47,298 bases of DNA from Nitrospira sp. (lineage in GTDB: Bacteria; Nitrospirota; Nitrospiria; Nitrospirales; Nitrospiraceae), in the NCBI GenBank assembly GCA_025936075.1, contig JAICUC010000001.1, forward strand, positions 1 to 47,298. The letters run 5' to 3'. The position numbers and the translations under genes were made by a program. This document shows positions 30,377 through 39,772 of this stretch, piece after piece; position 1 is the stretch's first letter; each line of letters starts with the position of its first letter. The notes below the pieces were generated by a model. It was not told the origin of the DNA. It did not search any database and saw nothing but the letters and a program-made list of their open reading frames with translations.

Positions 30377-32866
30377 TTATCCTTCGACCTTTTCGACCAA
30401 AATCCGATAATGCGACGCTTCTGGCTCCAAGGCCTCTTGGATCAGCACCCGGTGTCCGTCATTCTTAAGGCTCATCGGCACGTTCTTGATCGGTTCACCC
30501 GCGTCGAGCCACACTTCCAACCGTTCACCGGCGTCCATCATTTCCAGTTTCAACTTCGTCTTCACATAGTTCATTGGGCACGCCACGCCACGCAAGTCGT
30601 AAACAGGCGCACCTGTCGGAACAGGAGCGACAGGTTTGGTTTCAACTGGCGCAGGCGCGACCGGAGACTTTTCTTCTTCCATAGTTGACAGCTTCAGGTC
30701 CTTGCCCATCCGATCCGTCGCCGTGCGGCAAGCATCAACAAACCCCTTGGCAAAGGCCATCTTCTCTCGGGCCGATTCAGCCGACGCTTCTTTCGGACCC
30801 AAATCTCCGACCTTCTTGCTCAGGTCTCGATAGACGGACGGCACGACGCTTTTCTGTGCAACTCTGCTGTCGAACTCGATGAACGTTTCAGAGTCCGTCG
30901 AGGGCTCCAGTCCTTCTGTCACCAGCATTGCCTTAGCGGCAGCCAACACTGCCCGATAGGATTTGTTCACCGACACGGAATATTGATGCTTTTCAACGAG
31001 CAGCTTCGCTTGATAGAGCTCTTGATCGGCTTCCAGGATGCCGTTTTCGATCATGTCCAGCGCACCGCCTGCACATTCACCAGGGCCTAGATCCTCAAGG
31101 ATAAATTCTTCTTCACCTTCCCAATCATAATAGAACGTAGGATCCTCTTCATAAGACGGTACGATGGTGTATGGGATCAACTCGTCTTTCAGCTTGCTCT
31201 TCCCGACGCGTGCAATGAATGTTGACAAATTCTCGTTCGCTTGTCGATCGCGCCGGTACACGTCGATCAAATGAGAGATCGCCGCAGGTACGGCTTTCGC
31301 CGGCAACTTCACGGTCATCCGGCCGATCTTGGCCGTGCCGTTCACCGAGCCGCCGAGATGCAATTCATAGTGCGGTGCGACGTGGTCACCCAGACGTTTT
31401 CCGACTCCATGCAACCCGATCGTCGAAATGTGATGCTGTGCGCATGAGTTATGACAGCCGCTGATCTTCACGCTCACATCCTGAAGATCTTCTGGAACAC
31501 GGCCGGCTGGAAACACCTCGGCCATCGCTCGCGCCAGGCCTTTGGATGATGTGATCCCAAGACCGCATGTATCTGTGCCGGGGCAGGCAATAATGTCTTC
31601 GACCAGCTCCGCACCGGGGTCTGCCAATCCATGTGACGTCAGATCCTCGTAAAAGTGCGGGATCTGATCGGTAGGAACCCATCGAATGACCAGGTTTTGA
31701 TTGATCGTGGTGCGAAGATTGCCGTTTGAATAACGCTCAGCCAGATCGGCGACGAAGAGCATCTGTTCAGCCGTAATGTCCCCCATGAACAGCTTGATCG
31801 CGGCCGTGACATATCCATCTTGCTTCTGTTTCACAACGTTGGTCCGGTTCCACATCTCGAACGGCGTCTCGTAGCCGATCCCATGAGACCCGTTACCGTT
31901 ACCATTTTTGTTTTCATTTGCTACCTCGTTTCTCGTCGGCATGATGAGCCGGGGGGGGGCATCTTGATGCTGAAGCAGGGTCAAAGGTCCATTTTGGGGA
32001 AGTGTGTGTCCCATCGCGACGTAGGCTGCTTCCCAGCGCCGTTTGAATTCGTCAAATCCCAGTTTGTCGACCACGAACTTCATCCTGGCCTTGTTTCTAT
32101 TTTTTCGATTGCCGAGGGTATCGAAGACTTTAATAACGGCTTCGATACTGGGAATCAGCTCATCCATCGGTGTGAACTCACGAAGAAGTTGAGCGATCCG
32201 CGGAGCGGACCCCAACCCACCACCCGCCACCATTCGAAAGCCGATTTCTCCGTCGGCTCGTTTGACGGCCAACAGACCGATATCATGGATGGGAGTCAGC
32301 GCACAGTCATGTTTGCAGCCGGAGAACGCAATTTTGAACTTTCGCGGCAAACTTTGATTCAAGGGGTTTCGCAGCAAATGATACGCGACTGTCTTCGCAT
32401 ACGGAGTCACATCGAATACTTCTCCTTGGCACACGCCGGCCAAATGACACGCCGTCACATTCCGCACAGTGTTGGCACAGGCCTCCCTGGTGGTCAGGCC
32501 GACTTCGGCTAGGCCTCGCATGATGCTCGGCACGTCCTTGAGCTCCACAAAGTGCATCTGAATATCTTGCCTTGTCGTAACGTGGCCGACTCCGGTCGCA
32601 TAGTGATCGGCGAGCTCCGCCACACGTCGCAGCTGATTTGCGGTGATGCCGCCGAACGGGATCTTGATACGGACCATCTGCACACCCGGCTGACGCTGGC
32701 CGTATATGCCGTATTGCAGGCGGAATGGCTTGAAGAGATCGGTGGAGATCTCTCCGGCCAATGTTCGCAGGACTTCAATCTCGAAGGTTTCTATTTCCTC
32801 TAAAATGGCCGGCGGAATCGGATTCGTGACAATTTTGGGGATAGGGAGGGATTCAACTGGGTTCAT
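30377..32866 (-). CDS. Siroheme sulfite reductase with C-terminal HEPN-like and TusA/SirA domains
   Basis: RLQYGIYGQR, TTRQDIQ, LPRKFK, CPGTDTC...GCHNSC; C-terminal DLRGVACPMN (TusA CPxx). Confidence 0.88.
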   Translation of the reverse strand: MNPVESLPIPKIVTNPIPPAILEEIETFEIEVLRTLAGEISTDLFKPFRLQYGIYGQRQPGVQMVRIKIPFGGITANQLRRVAELADHYATGVGHVTTRQDIQMHFVELKDVPSIMRGLAEVGLTTREACANTVRNVTACHLAGVCQGEVFDVTPYAKTVAYHLLRNPLNQSLPRKFKIAFSGCKHDCALTPIHDIGLLAVKRADGEIGFRMVAGGGLGSAPRIAQLLREFTPMDELIPSIEAVIKVFDTLGNRKNRNKARMKFVVDKLGFDEFKRRWEAAYVAMGHTLPQNGPLTLLQHQDAPPRLIMPTRNEVANENKNGNGNGSHGIGYETPFEMWNRTNVVKQKQDGYVTAAIKLFMGDITAEQMLFVADLAERYSNGNLRTTINQNLVIRWVPTDQIPHFYEDLTSHGLADPGAELVEDIIACPGTDTCGLGITSSKGLARAMAEVFPAGRVPEDLQDVSVKISGCHNSCAQHHISTIGLHGVGKRLGDHVAPHYELHLGGSVNGTAKIGRMTVKLPAKAVPAAISHLIDVYRRDRQANENLSTFIARVGKSKLKDELIPYTIVPSYEEDPTFYYDWEGEEEFILEDLGPGECAGGALDMIENGILEADQELYQAKLLVEKHQYSVSVNKSYRAVLAAAKAMLVTEGLEPSTDSETFIEFDSRVAQKSVVPSVYRDLSKKVGDLGPKEASAESAREKMAFAKGFVDACRTATDRMGKDLKLSTMEEEKSPVAPAPVETKPVAPVPTGAPVYDLRGVACPMNYVKTKLKLEMMDAGERLEVWLDAGEPIKNVPMSLKNDGHRVLIQEALEPEASHYRILVEKVEG

Positions 32867-32907
32867 ATACCGATCTCCTTGCCTCCTCAGGAGAGGAGCC
32901 TTCTAAG

Positions 32908-33357
32908 TCAAATGTGGTACATTGGATTGCGCTGAGCGTCGATTGTCCGTAGACGCATCGCTAACTGTTCGACGGTCACATTTTCGAGGACTTTCCGTTC
33001 CGCCTGCTGAACCTGCTCCCAAACATCATCTAACAGCAGTTCCGGTTTGGTCGCGTGACGATCACGTATCCGTTGACCGAAAGATGATCGATGCAAGACC
33101 GGCCCTTCCAACGCCTCGAATATATCGGCGATCGACATTGCCGTTGGTTCATGCGTGAGGAGGTACCCCCCCTGGGCACCCCTTTGGCTTTCTACTAACC
33201 CGGCCTTTTTCATTGCATGGAGAACCTGTTCGAGAAAACGTATTGGAATCCCATGACGTCTCGCGATGGCTCGCGCTTGAATCGGGGTTTCATGTGCATA
33301 TATCGCCAGATCCACAGCTACCATAATTCCATATGTGGCACGTTTGGACACTTTCAT
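32908..33357 (-). CDS. Rrf2 family transcriptional regulator (CymR-like, no Cys)
   Basis: IPIRFLEQVL, LVESQRGAQGGY, IFEALEG; heads the cys operon. Confidence 0.92.
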   Translation of the reverse strand: MKVSKRATYGIMVAVDLAIYAHETPIQARAIARRHGIPIRFLEQVLHAMKKAGLVESQRGAQGGYLLTHEPTAMSIADIFEALEGPVLHRSSFGQRIRDRHATKPELLLDDVWEQVQQAERKVLENVTVEQLAMRLRTIDAQRNPMYHI

Positions 33358-33363
33358 TCTTTA

Positions 33364-33416
33364 TTATTCCGGTAGGGATTTAGTCACATATACATTTTCC
33401 TCTCGTGTGCTGTCAA
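33364..33416 (-). promoter_or_regulatory. Promoter of rrf2-cys operon with possible overlapping Rrf2 operator
   Basis: TTGACA-18 bp-TATATG followed by TGACTAAATCCCTACCGGAATAA, resembling CymR/IscR boxes. Confidence 0.45.
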
Positions 33417-33575
33417 GATACTGAAACTCCGTGAATTGAACCCGTACACCAAGGTATCTTCGTAGTACCATTCGACCCCGTGATCCGGACGAAAGCCATT
33501 CTCTTTACTATGTATTTCATGCCTGCAAAGCTATTCGGAAAAGAGGTGGGAAGATCGTCGCTCCATAAAATCCAA

Positions 33576-33604
33576 TTGACATCGTTTACGCCCTAGGCAA
33601 TAAT
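33576..33604 (+). promoter_or_regulatory. Sigma70-type promoter
   Basis: TTGACA-17 bp-AATAAT. Confidence 0.55.
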
Positions 33605-33631
33605 CCGCCCTCTTCTTCGGGTGGTGCCTTC

Positions 33632-34216
33632 ATGTCTGTGCCGTCGTCCTCATTTGCCATTCTGTTACTCACGAACGATACGGCTGTACAAGCCCTGGTG
33701 AAGCAAATATTCAAGGACGCCTCCGTTACGATCGCTCGGGACGCTTTGACCTTTCAGAAGGAATTGCCAAAACATCGGTTTGACGCTGTCGTAATGGAGT
33801 CGCAGGGCGGACAGGAGATTAGTGCACTCAATGACCACCTCGACCTCTCCCGCACTCTTTGTATCAAGGGGTCTAAGACTGTCTTAAAAAAGACCCTGAA
33901 AACAATCCAACTGATGAATCAGCCAGGCAGTCTCCAGCAAAACAAAACCCGCGACGTCTCCATAGAGAGTTATTTAGAGGTGAAAATGGGAGAATTCGTG
34001 AAGGGAATGAGAAACGGATCGGCAAAAAACCTTCATCCGATCTTGATCTCCGCCGTGGAGCGCCCTCTCATCACTTCCGCCCTGCGGGAAACAGGAGGCA
34101 ATCAAATACAAGCGGCTGAACTTCTCGGACTCAACCGAAACACGTTGAGAAAAAAAATCGTTAACCTTCACATTCCGTTGAAACAAACTAAAGCGAGAGC
34201 AAGCCATAGTGTCTGA
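33632..34216 (+). CDS. Fis-family HTH protein with degenerate receiver-like N-terminus
   Basis: VERPLITSALRETGGNQIQAAELLGLNRNTLRKK. Confidence 0.85.
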   Translation: MSVPSSSFAILLLTNDTAVQALVKQIFKDASVTIARDALTFQKELPKHRFDAVVMESQGGQEISALNDHLDLSRTLCIKGSKTVLKKTLKTIQLMNQPGSLQQNKTRDVSIESYLEVKMGEFVKGMRNGSAKNLHPILISAVERPLITSALRETGGNQIQAAELLGLNRNTLRKKIVNLHIPLKQTKARASHSV

Positions 34217-34290
34217 ACAGGACTTCCCATGGATGTGCTGCCGGGCTTACTTCCCCTACCATCTCCCAAAACTCATGAAGGAGGGACATC

Positions 34291-34563
34291 ATGACAAAGG
34301 AAGAGCTGATCGCAAAGATGGCCGCTTCAGCAGGAATCACGAAGGTTGCGGCCGGAACCGCACTTCAAGCATTTACCGGCGCAGTGACTTCCTCATTGAA
34401 AAAGGGACAACGTGTCTCTCTCGTCAATTTCGGCACCTTTACGATTTCAAAGCGAAAAGCACGAATGGGAAGGAATCCACGGACAGGAGAATCACTTCGA
34501 ATACCGGCAGCGAAGGTCCCGAAGTTTTCAGCTGGAAAAGAGCTTCGCTCTGCTGTGAGGTGA
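34291..34563 (+). CDS. hup: DNA-binding protein HU
   Basis: MTKEELI, LVNFGTF, ARMGRNPRTG, PKFSAGKEL; RBS GGAGG. Confidence 0.92.
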   Translation: MTKEELIAKMAASAGITKVAAGTALQAFTGAVTSSLKKGQRVSLVNFGTFTISKRKARMGRNPRTGESLRIPAAKVPKFSAGKELRSAVR

Positions 34564-34599
34564 TGGTTCGCAGGCTGAAGCGTGCCTGACCCGGAGATT

Positions 34600-34657
34600 A
34601 AAGAGAAGGTCGCATTCTTTCAAGTGGCTAAGGAATGCGACCTTCTCTTTCGTTTTC
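34600..34657 (+). terminator. Intrinsic terminator after hup
   Basis: 18-bp perfect stem AAAGAGAAGGTCGCATTC/GAATGCGACCTTCTCTTT plus T-rich tail. Confidence 0.75.
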
Positions 34658-34687
34658 TTGACAGTGTCAACGACGCTATATTAGCAT
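34658..34687 (+). promoter_or_regulatory. Promoter of tRNA-Val/thrS
   Basis: TTGACA-18 bp-TAGCAT. Confidence 0.55.
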
Positions 34688-34702
34688 GCCTCCTTTATCG
34701 AT

Positions 34703-34777
34703 AGGCGCGTAGCTCAGGGGGAGAGCGCTACCTTGACACGGTAGAGGTCGACGGTTCAAGACCGTCCGCGCCTACCA
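34703..34777 (+). tRNA. tRNA-Val (GAC)
   Basis: Acceptor AGGCGCG/CGCGCCT, anticodon arm CTACC-TTGACAC-GGTAG, GGTTCAA T-loop, encoded CCA. Confidence 0.96.
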
Positions 34778-34859
34778 TTTAAGTTGAGGCACTGGTTTGT
34801 CTCTCAGAGGCTCGGTGCCTTTGTTGTTTTTTGTACTGTAGATCCAAATTTCGTAAGCC

Positions 34860-36788
34860 ATGAAGATATCGGTTAAAGATGGTCCAAGCAGTGACATTCA
34901 GACCGGGGAGACGATAGGTGACGCTCTATCTGAACTAGGGGTTGCAAGCCGGGATATTCTGGCAGCCAAAATAGACGGAACGGTTGCCGATCTGTCGCGT
35001 CCTCTCTCCGGGAGTTCCGTGGTCGAACCACTGCGGTTCGACAGCGCAGAGGGTCGCGAGGTCTATCGCCACAGCAGTACCCATATCATGGCTCAGGCAG
35101 TAAAAGAACTCTTCCCGTCTGCACAATTGACCATCGGCCCAGCCCTGGAAGATAGTTTTTATTATGACTTTGCCTTCGAACGTCCCTTTACGCCCGAAGA
35201 CCTAGAGAGAATTGAAGAACGCGCCGCAGAAATCATCAAGCGTAATCTCACCATCACAAGACGAGAGTTTTCAAAAGGGGACGCGATCGATTTTTTCCGG
35301 GCCCGTGGCGAGCGCTACAAGGTCGAGCTGATTCAAGGTTTCCCCGACGGAGAGCCAATCACCGCTTACGCGCAAGGCGACTTCGTTGATCTCTGTCGAG
35401 GCCCCCATGTCCCGACTACCGGCTCCATTGGGGCCATAAAATTGCTCACCACGGCCGGAGCCTATTGGCGTGGCGATGAGCGTAATCCGATGTTACAACG
35501 GATCTACGGAACATCCTTTCCGACCAGAGGGGAAGTGGATGCCTATCTGGCCCGGCTGGAGGAAATTAAGCGGCGTGATCACAGAAAAGTCGGAAAAGAG
35601 CTGGATTTGATCAGCATTCAGGATGAGATTGGTCCTGGGCTGGTACTCTGGCACCCGAAAGGAGCGGCCGTCCGCCTGTTGATTGAAAATTTCTGGCGAG
35701 AACAGCACATTCGTGATGGGTACCAGCTGGTTTATTCGCCCCATACCGCACGTCTTGATCTTTGGAAGACCAGTGGGCACCTTGATTACTACCGTGAAAA
35801 CATGTTCCCGTCGATGAAGCTGGAAGGCAGTGAGTACCAGCTGAAACCGATGAATTGTCCTTACCACATCATGATTTATCAATCTCACCTGCGGAGCTAT
35901 CGAGACCTACCCATCCGCTATGGGGAACTCGGAACGGTCTACCGTTATGAACGAACCGGCGTTCTGCACGGACTCATGCGGGTGCGTGGATTTACACAGG
36001 ATGATGCTCATCTCTTCTGTCGCCCGGATCAGATGGAGCACGAAGTCAGCCGGGTGCTGGACTTTACTTTTTTCGTGTTGCAGACGTTTGGATTCCATCA
36101 ATTTGAAGTATTCTTGTCCACCAGGCCCAAAGAGTCCGTGGGCGGTGACGAACATTGGGCTTCGGCCACCAGCGCATTGGAAGCGGCGCTGAAGGGCCGC
36201 AACATCTCCTTTCATCTCGATCCGGGAGGAGGCGCATTTTACGGTCCCAAGATCGACATCAAGATCAAAGACGCGTTGGGCCGTTCGTGGCAATGTTCCA
36301 CAGTCCAGGTGGATTTCAACAATCCGGAACGGTTTGAATTAAATTACATCGGGGAGGACGGGAAAGCCCATCGACCGATCATGATCCATCGAGCCTTGAT
36401 GGGATCCATCGAGCGTTTTTTCGGCATTCTGATCGAGCATTACGGTGGCGCATTCCCGACTTGGCTGGCTCCGGTACAGGCGGTGGTCATGAACATCACA
36501 GATCACCAGCAAGGCTACGCTGCGACCGTCGTCACGCAATTGAAGACAGCCGGCTTCCGTGCCGAAGCGGACCTTCGGAATGAAAAGATCGGATTCAAGA
36601 TCCGTGAAGCGGAAAAAGCGAAGGTCCCGTTCATGTTGGTGGCCGGAAATCGCGAAATGCAAAATGGCACTCTCTCGGTACGAGGCCGAAGCGGATCAAA
36701 TTTAGGAGCTATGACAGTAGCTGAGGTAGTGGGTCTCCTAGGTAGTGAGGTCCAGCATACCCAGCGTGAAGTTCAACCCACACATTAA
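34860..36788 (+). CDS. thrS: Threonyl-tRNA synthetase
   Basis: HSSTH, DLCRGPH, RDHRK, KPMNCP, RVRGFTQDDAH, FYGPKID. Confidence 0.97.
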   Translation: MKISVKDGPSSDIQTGETIGDALSELGVASRDILAAKIDGTVADLSRPLSGSSVVEPLRFDSAEGREVYRHSSTHIMAQAVKELFPSAQLTIGPALEDSFYYDFAFERPFTPEDLERIEERAAEIIKRNLTITRREFSKGDAIDFFRARGERYKVELIQGFPDGEPITAYAQGDFVDLCRGPHVPTTGSIGAIKLLTTAGAYWRGDERNPMLQRIYGTSFPTRGEVDAYLARLEEIKRRDHRKVGKELDLISIQDEIGPGLVLWHPKGAAVRLLIENFWREQHIRDGYQLVYSPHTARLDLWKTSGHLDYYRENMFPSMKLEGSEYQLKPMNCPYHIMIYQSHLRSYRDLPIRYGELGTVYRYERTGVLHGLMRVRGFTQDDAHLFCRPDQMEHEVSRVLDFTFFVLQTFGFHQFEVFLSTRPKESVGGDEHWASATSALEAALKGRNISFHLDPGGGAFYGPKIDIKIKDALGRSWQCSTVQVDFNNPERFELNYIGEDGKAHRPIMIHRALMGSIERFFGILIEHYGGAFPTWLAPVQAVVMNITDHQQGYAATVVTQLKTAGFRAEADLRNEKIGFKIREAEKAKVPFMLVAGNREMQNGTLSVRGRSGSNLGAMTVAEVVGLLGSEVQHTQREVQPTH

Positions 36789-36802
36789 AGAAGAGGTGGC
36801 CT

Positions 36803-37312
36803 ATCGCTCCCAAACTACGCGTGAACCGTGAGATTCGTGTCCGAGAAGTTCGTGTCATTGGTCCGGAGGGAGAGCAACTCGGCATCCTTCCGACGCCGGA
36901 TGCTTTTCGTCAGGCTCAAGAAGGCGGCTATGATTTGGTGGAAGTCGCTCCCAATTCCGTTCCTCCCGTCTGTAGGATTATGGACTTTGGGAAGTATAAA
37001 TATGAGCTGAGCAAAAAAGATCATCAAAGCCGGCGTCACCAAAAGTCCACCCAAGTGAAGGAAATCAAGCTGCGTCCTCGGACGGATAAGCATGACCTTG
37101 AAATTAAAGTGCGACAGATGAAAGCGTTCTTGGAAGACGGTAACAAGACCAAGGTGACTCTCACCTATCGAGGGCGAGAAATGGCTAATCAGGAGATGGG
37201 ACGTGCTGTGATGAATTCCGTCATTGAACAGTTGGCCCAAACCGGCACCATCGAGTATGCCCCTCGTATGGAAGGACGCAGTTTGATCATGATCGTAGCT
37301 CCGAAGCATTAA
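36803..37312 (+). CDS. infC: Translation initiation factor IF-3 (probable ATC start)
   Basis: NREIRVREVRVI, PPVCRIMDFGKY, KEIKLRP; SD AAGAGGTG then in-frame ATC at 36803. Confidence 0.94.
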   Translation: MAPKLRVNREIRVREVRVIGPEGEQLGILPTPDAFRQAQEGGYDLVEVAPNSVPPVCRIMDFGKYKYELSKKDHQSRRHQKSTQVKEIKLRPRTDKHDLEIKVRQMKAFLEDGNKTKVTLTYRGREMANQEMGRAVMNSVIEQLAQTGTIEYAPRMEGRSLIMIVAPKH

Positions 37313-37350
37313 TGCACAGGGCGGTGGCTGCTCAACCAAAGGATCTTCTC

Positions 37351-37545
37351 ATGAAAATGAAGACGCATAAAGGGACGAGTAAGCGTTTTACAAAGACCGG
37401 GAGCGGAAAAATCGTTCGCCGCAAGGCGGGCAAGCGGCACATACTGACCAGCAAGCGGCACGACCGGAAGCGCCGCCTGAGCGGAACAGCAGTGGTGGAT
37501 TCCACGGTTGTTTCCACATTGAATCGACTCCTGCCCTATGCATAG
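37351..37545 (+). CDS. rpmI: 50S ribosomal protein L35
   Basis: KMKTHKGTSKRF, RHIL, LLPYA. Confidence 0.95.
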   Translation: MKMKTHKGTSKRFTKTGSGKIVRRKAGKRHILTSKRHDRKRRLSGTAVVDSTVVSTLNRLLPYA

Positions 37546-37597
37546 ACGACGATCGTGTAGTGTTGTGAATTTCAGGACCCAAAAGGAGTAATGAATC

Positions 37598-37966
37598 ATG
37601 CCTCGCGCAAAAGGTGGGCCAAAAACTCGGCAACGGAGAAAGAAGCGGATCAAGCTGGCGTCAGGTCAGTACGGCGGGAAAAGCCGGCTTTTTCGTTCGG
37701 CGACAGAAAGTGTAGATAAGGGGTTAACCTATGCCTACACGGGCCGCAAGAATCGAAAGAGGGACTTTCGGCAGTTATGGATTGCTCGTATCAGCGCCGC
37801 CGTTCGGGCACAAGGGATGACCTATGGCCGATTCATCAATGCCCTCAAGAAGGCCAATGTCACCCTCGATCGTAAGGTTCTCTCGGACATGGCGATCAAA
37901 GACGCCACAGGGTTCGCACAACTTGTCGGCCTCGCCAAGCAGCACGTGACTCCCGCCGCGGCCTAA
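37598..37966 (+). CDS. rplT: 50S ribosomal protein L20
   Basis: MPRAKGG, KRDFRQLWIARI, LDRKVLSDMA. Confidence 0.96.
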   Translation: MPRAKGGPKTRQRRKKRIKLASGQYGGKSRLFRSATESVDKGLTYAYTGRKNRKRDFRQLWIARISAAVRAQGMTYGRFINALKKANVTLDRKVLSDMAIKDATGFAQLVGLAKQHVTPAAA

Positions 37967-37980
37967 CTTCAAAAGCCCAA

Positions 37981-38039
37981 TCGACGGAAGGTGAAGCGAC
38001 ATATTGTCGTTCCCTTCCGTTGTGTCATGACAAAAAAAG
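37981..38039. terminator. Probable terminator between convergent rplT and pheT
   Basis: Imperfect stem CGACGGAAGG...GCGACA-TAT-TGTCGT...CCTTCCGTTG; A7 run nearby. Confidence 0.55.
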
Positions 38040-38048
38040 CATTTCCGG

Positions 38049-39764
38049 TCAAAGCGCTGCCAGCTGCGAGAGGTTCACGTCGAAGGCGACGATCGGCATT
38101 GCGATCTGCCACCGTTCGAGGACTTCGGGATGAACTTCGCCGATGACGCCGACGGGCTTGCCCGACACGAGAATGCGGCCGGCACGCCCTTCTAAAAAAG
38201 ACGGATGCTGAATCGGCTCAAGACTGTATTCCTTACCGAGGTAGTAAAACAGGACATCGAGACTGGAATGGATTTCTGAGAAATGGGTGGTCGCGTGAGC
38301 GATCAATGCGCCCAAGACCGTTTCCGTTCGAGATCCCAGCTCGTGAGTACCGTCGGGAATCGCCACATCACCGGCCTCAAAGAGGCGATGGGGATAGAAC
38401 GCTCGGCTCGACGCGGCTTCGATGCGCAGCAACGAGGGCAGCATCCATTGCCGGAGACAGGAGAAGCTCAACGACATCACGTTGTCCACCTCCACCATCT
38501 GTCCCCATTCCGTTCCTTCCAGGCGCATATGACGGGAATAATGATCCGGTGAACCGAGAATGTTCGAAATGATTTCCTGAAAGCCGAGTCCCACCATCAA
38601 TTCTCGGGATCGATCGGACAGCTGCTCAATGGCGGATAATCCTCCCACTGTAAATTGCGCCGGCATGACGGGAGTAAACTCGGCATACCCCCGGCTCATG
38701 GCGACGTCTTCCACGATGTCCATCGTATGCATCAGATCGTGCCGGTACGGAGGGAGTTTTGCCTTAATTGACCCCTTTTCTGCCGACACGCCATACCCAT
38801 ACGCCTCAAGAGCTTGCTTCACGACTGTCTCGCCAAGTTCCTGGCCCAACGCCTGTTCAATAGCTTTGAGCCGAATCGTTTTGGACTTCCCGAAATCTTG
38901 AGGGGTTTGGACCCGTTTGCCCAGCATCGTGTCCGTCGGATAGTGTATTTCCACCGGATCAATAGTTGCCCCACGGTCGGCCAAATTCGCCGCGAAGATA
39001 TTCAGAGAAAGCATGACCATGGGTAAGTCTGTCCCCGTCACTTCCACGAAGAGTTCCTCATCACCAACCCGTACTTCTCCGATTTCCCGGCTATTGATAA
39101 TCGGGGGAAACGACAACGGCTGGTCCTTCGCATCTCGGAGGATAGGAAGCAGGCTTTTGTCAGCCAGAATAGACCCGTATTCCAATCCCTTTGGATGAAC
39201 CATGAGGATTTCGGACAGAGTCATCGTCGTTTCCATACCCAATGGAGTAAACCGCACATCGTCGGCCTTCACCAACTCATAGGTCACCGGAAAGGTTATA
39301 TTCCGCAGCTGATAGATACCAATAGAAACGGTCTTTCGCTTACGCCCAAAGATATCGGCCAACTTCTCCTGCGTTTGAATCAGCTGAGCCAAACCCTTCT
39401 GGGTCACCCGATACCCTATGGCAGTACAGGCGGCCACGTACGGGCGCACCTGCTCCATACCGGGCTTCACGATGAGATGATGCGGCGACTCCGGCTTTTT
39501 GGCAAAGAACGCATACGGCTTCAGCTGGCCTTGTCCCTTGATGCGAATTTGCCTCGCAATCCCCTCGCAACACCAGAGGTCCGGCCGATTACTATCTTGC
39601 AGCTCGACGCGTAACTCTCCCGTTTCCGGGTTGTGCCCTTTCAACTCGCCTTTCACGAGCATAAGCCACTCTTCCAATTGGGCGATCGAAACGTCACGGC
39701 CGGCGTCTCGATCTCCCGTGAGAAGCGATTCTAAATCGTCTTTGAAAATAGTGATGGTGGGCAT
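38049..39764 (-). CDS. pheT: Phenylalanyl-tRNA synthetase beta subunit, short archaeal/eukaryotic type
   Basis: MPTI, NRPDLW, VRPY, QEKL...RKRK, SFPPIINS, DIVEDVA; 571 aa without the bacterial OB and C-terminal anticodon-binding domains. Confidence 0.88.
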   Translation of the reverse strand: MPTITIFKDDLESLLTGDRDAGRDVSIAQLEEWLMLVKGELKGHNPETGELRVELQDSNRPDLWCCEGIARQIRIKGQGQLKPYAFFAKKPESPHHLIVKPGMEQVRPYVAACTAIGYRVTQKGLAQLIQTQEKLADIFGRKRKTVSIGIYQLRNITFPVTYELVKADDVRFTPLGMETTMTLSEILMVHPKGLEYGSILADKSLLPILRDAKDQPLSFPPIINSREIGEVRVGDEELFVEVTGTDLPMVMLSLNIFAANLADRGATIDPVEIHYPTDTMLGKRVQTPQDFGKSKTIRLKAIEQALGQELGETVVKQALEAYGYGVSAEKGSIKAKLPPYRHDLMHTMDIVEDVAMSRGYAEFTPVMPAQFTVGGLSAIEQLSDRSRELMVGLGFQEIISNILGSPDHYSRHMRLEGTEWGQMVEVDNVMSLSFSCLRQWMLPSLLRIEAASSRAFYPHRLFEAGDVAIPDGTHELGSRTETVLGALIAHATTHFSEIHSSLDVLFYYLGKEYSLEPIQHPSFLEGRAGRILVSGKPVGVIGEVHPEVLERWQIAMPIVAFDVNLSQLAAL

Positions 39765-39772
39765 GAGCGCTG

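Noticed and set aside
31951-31959. G9 homopolymer within the sulfite reductase gene as a phase-variation site
   Set aside because: Frame is intact (encodes APPR in a linker) and there is no evidence of length variation
34658-34670. Palindrome TTGACAGTGTCAA as a transcription-factor site
   Set aside because: Coincides with the -35 box; a single instance is not enough to call an operator
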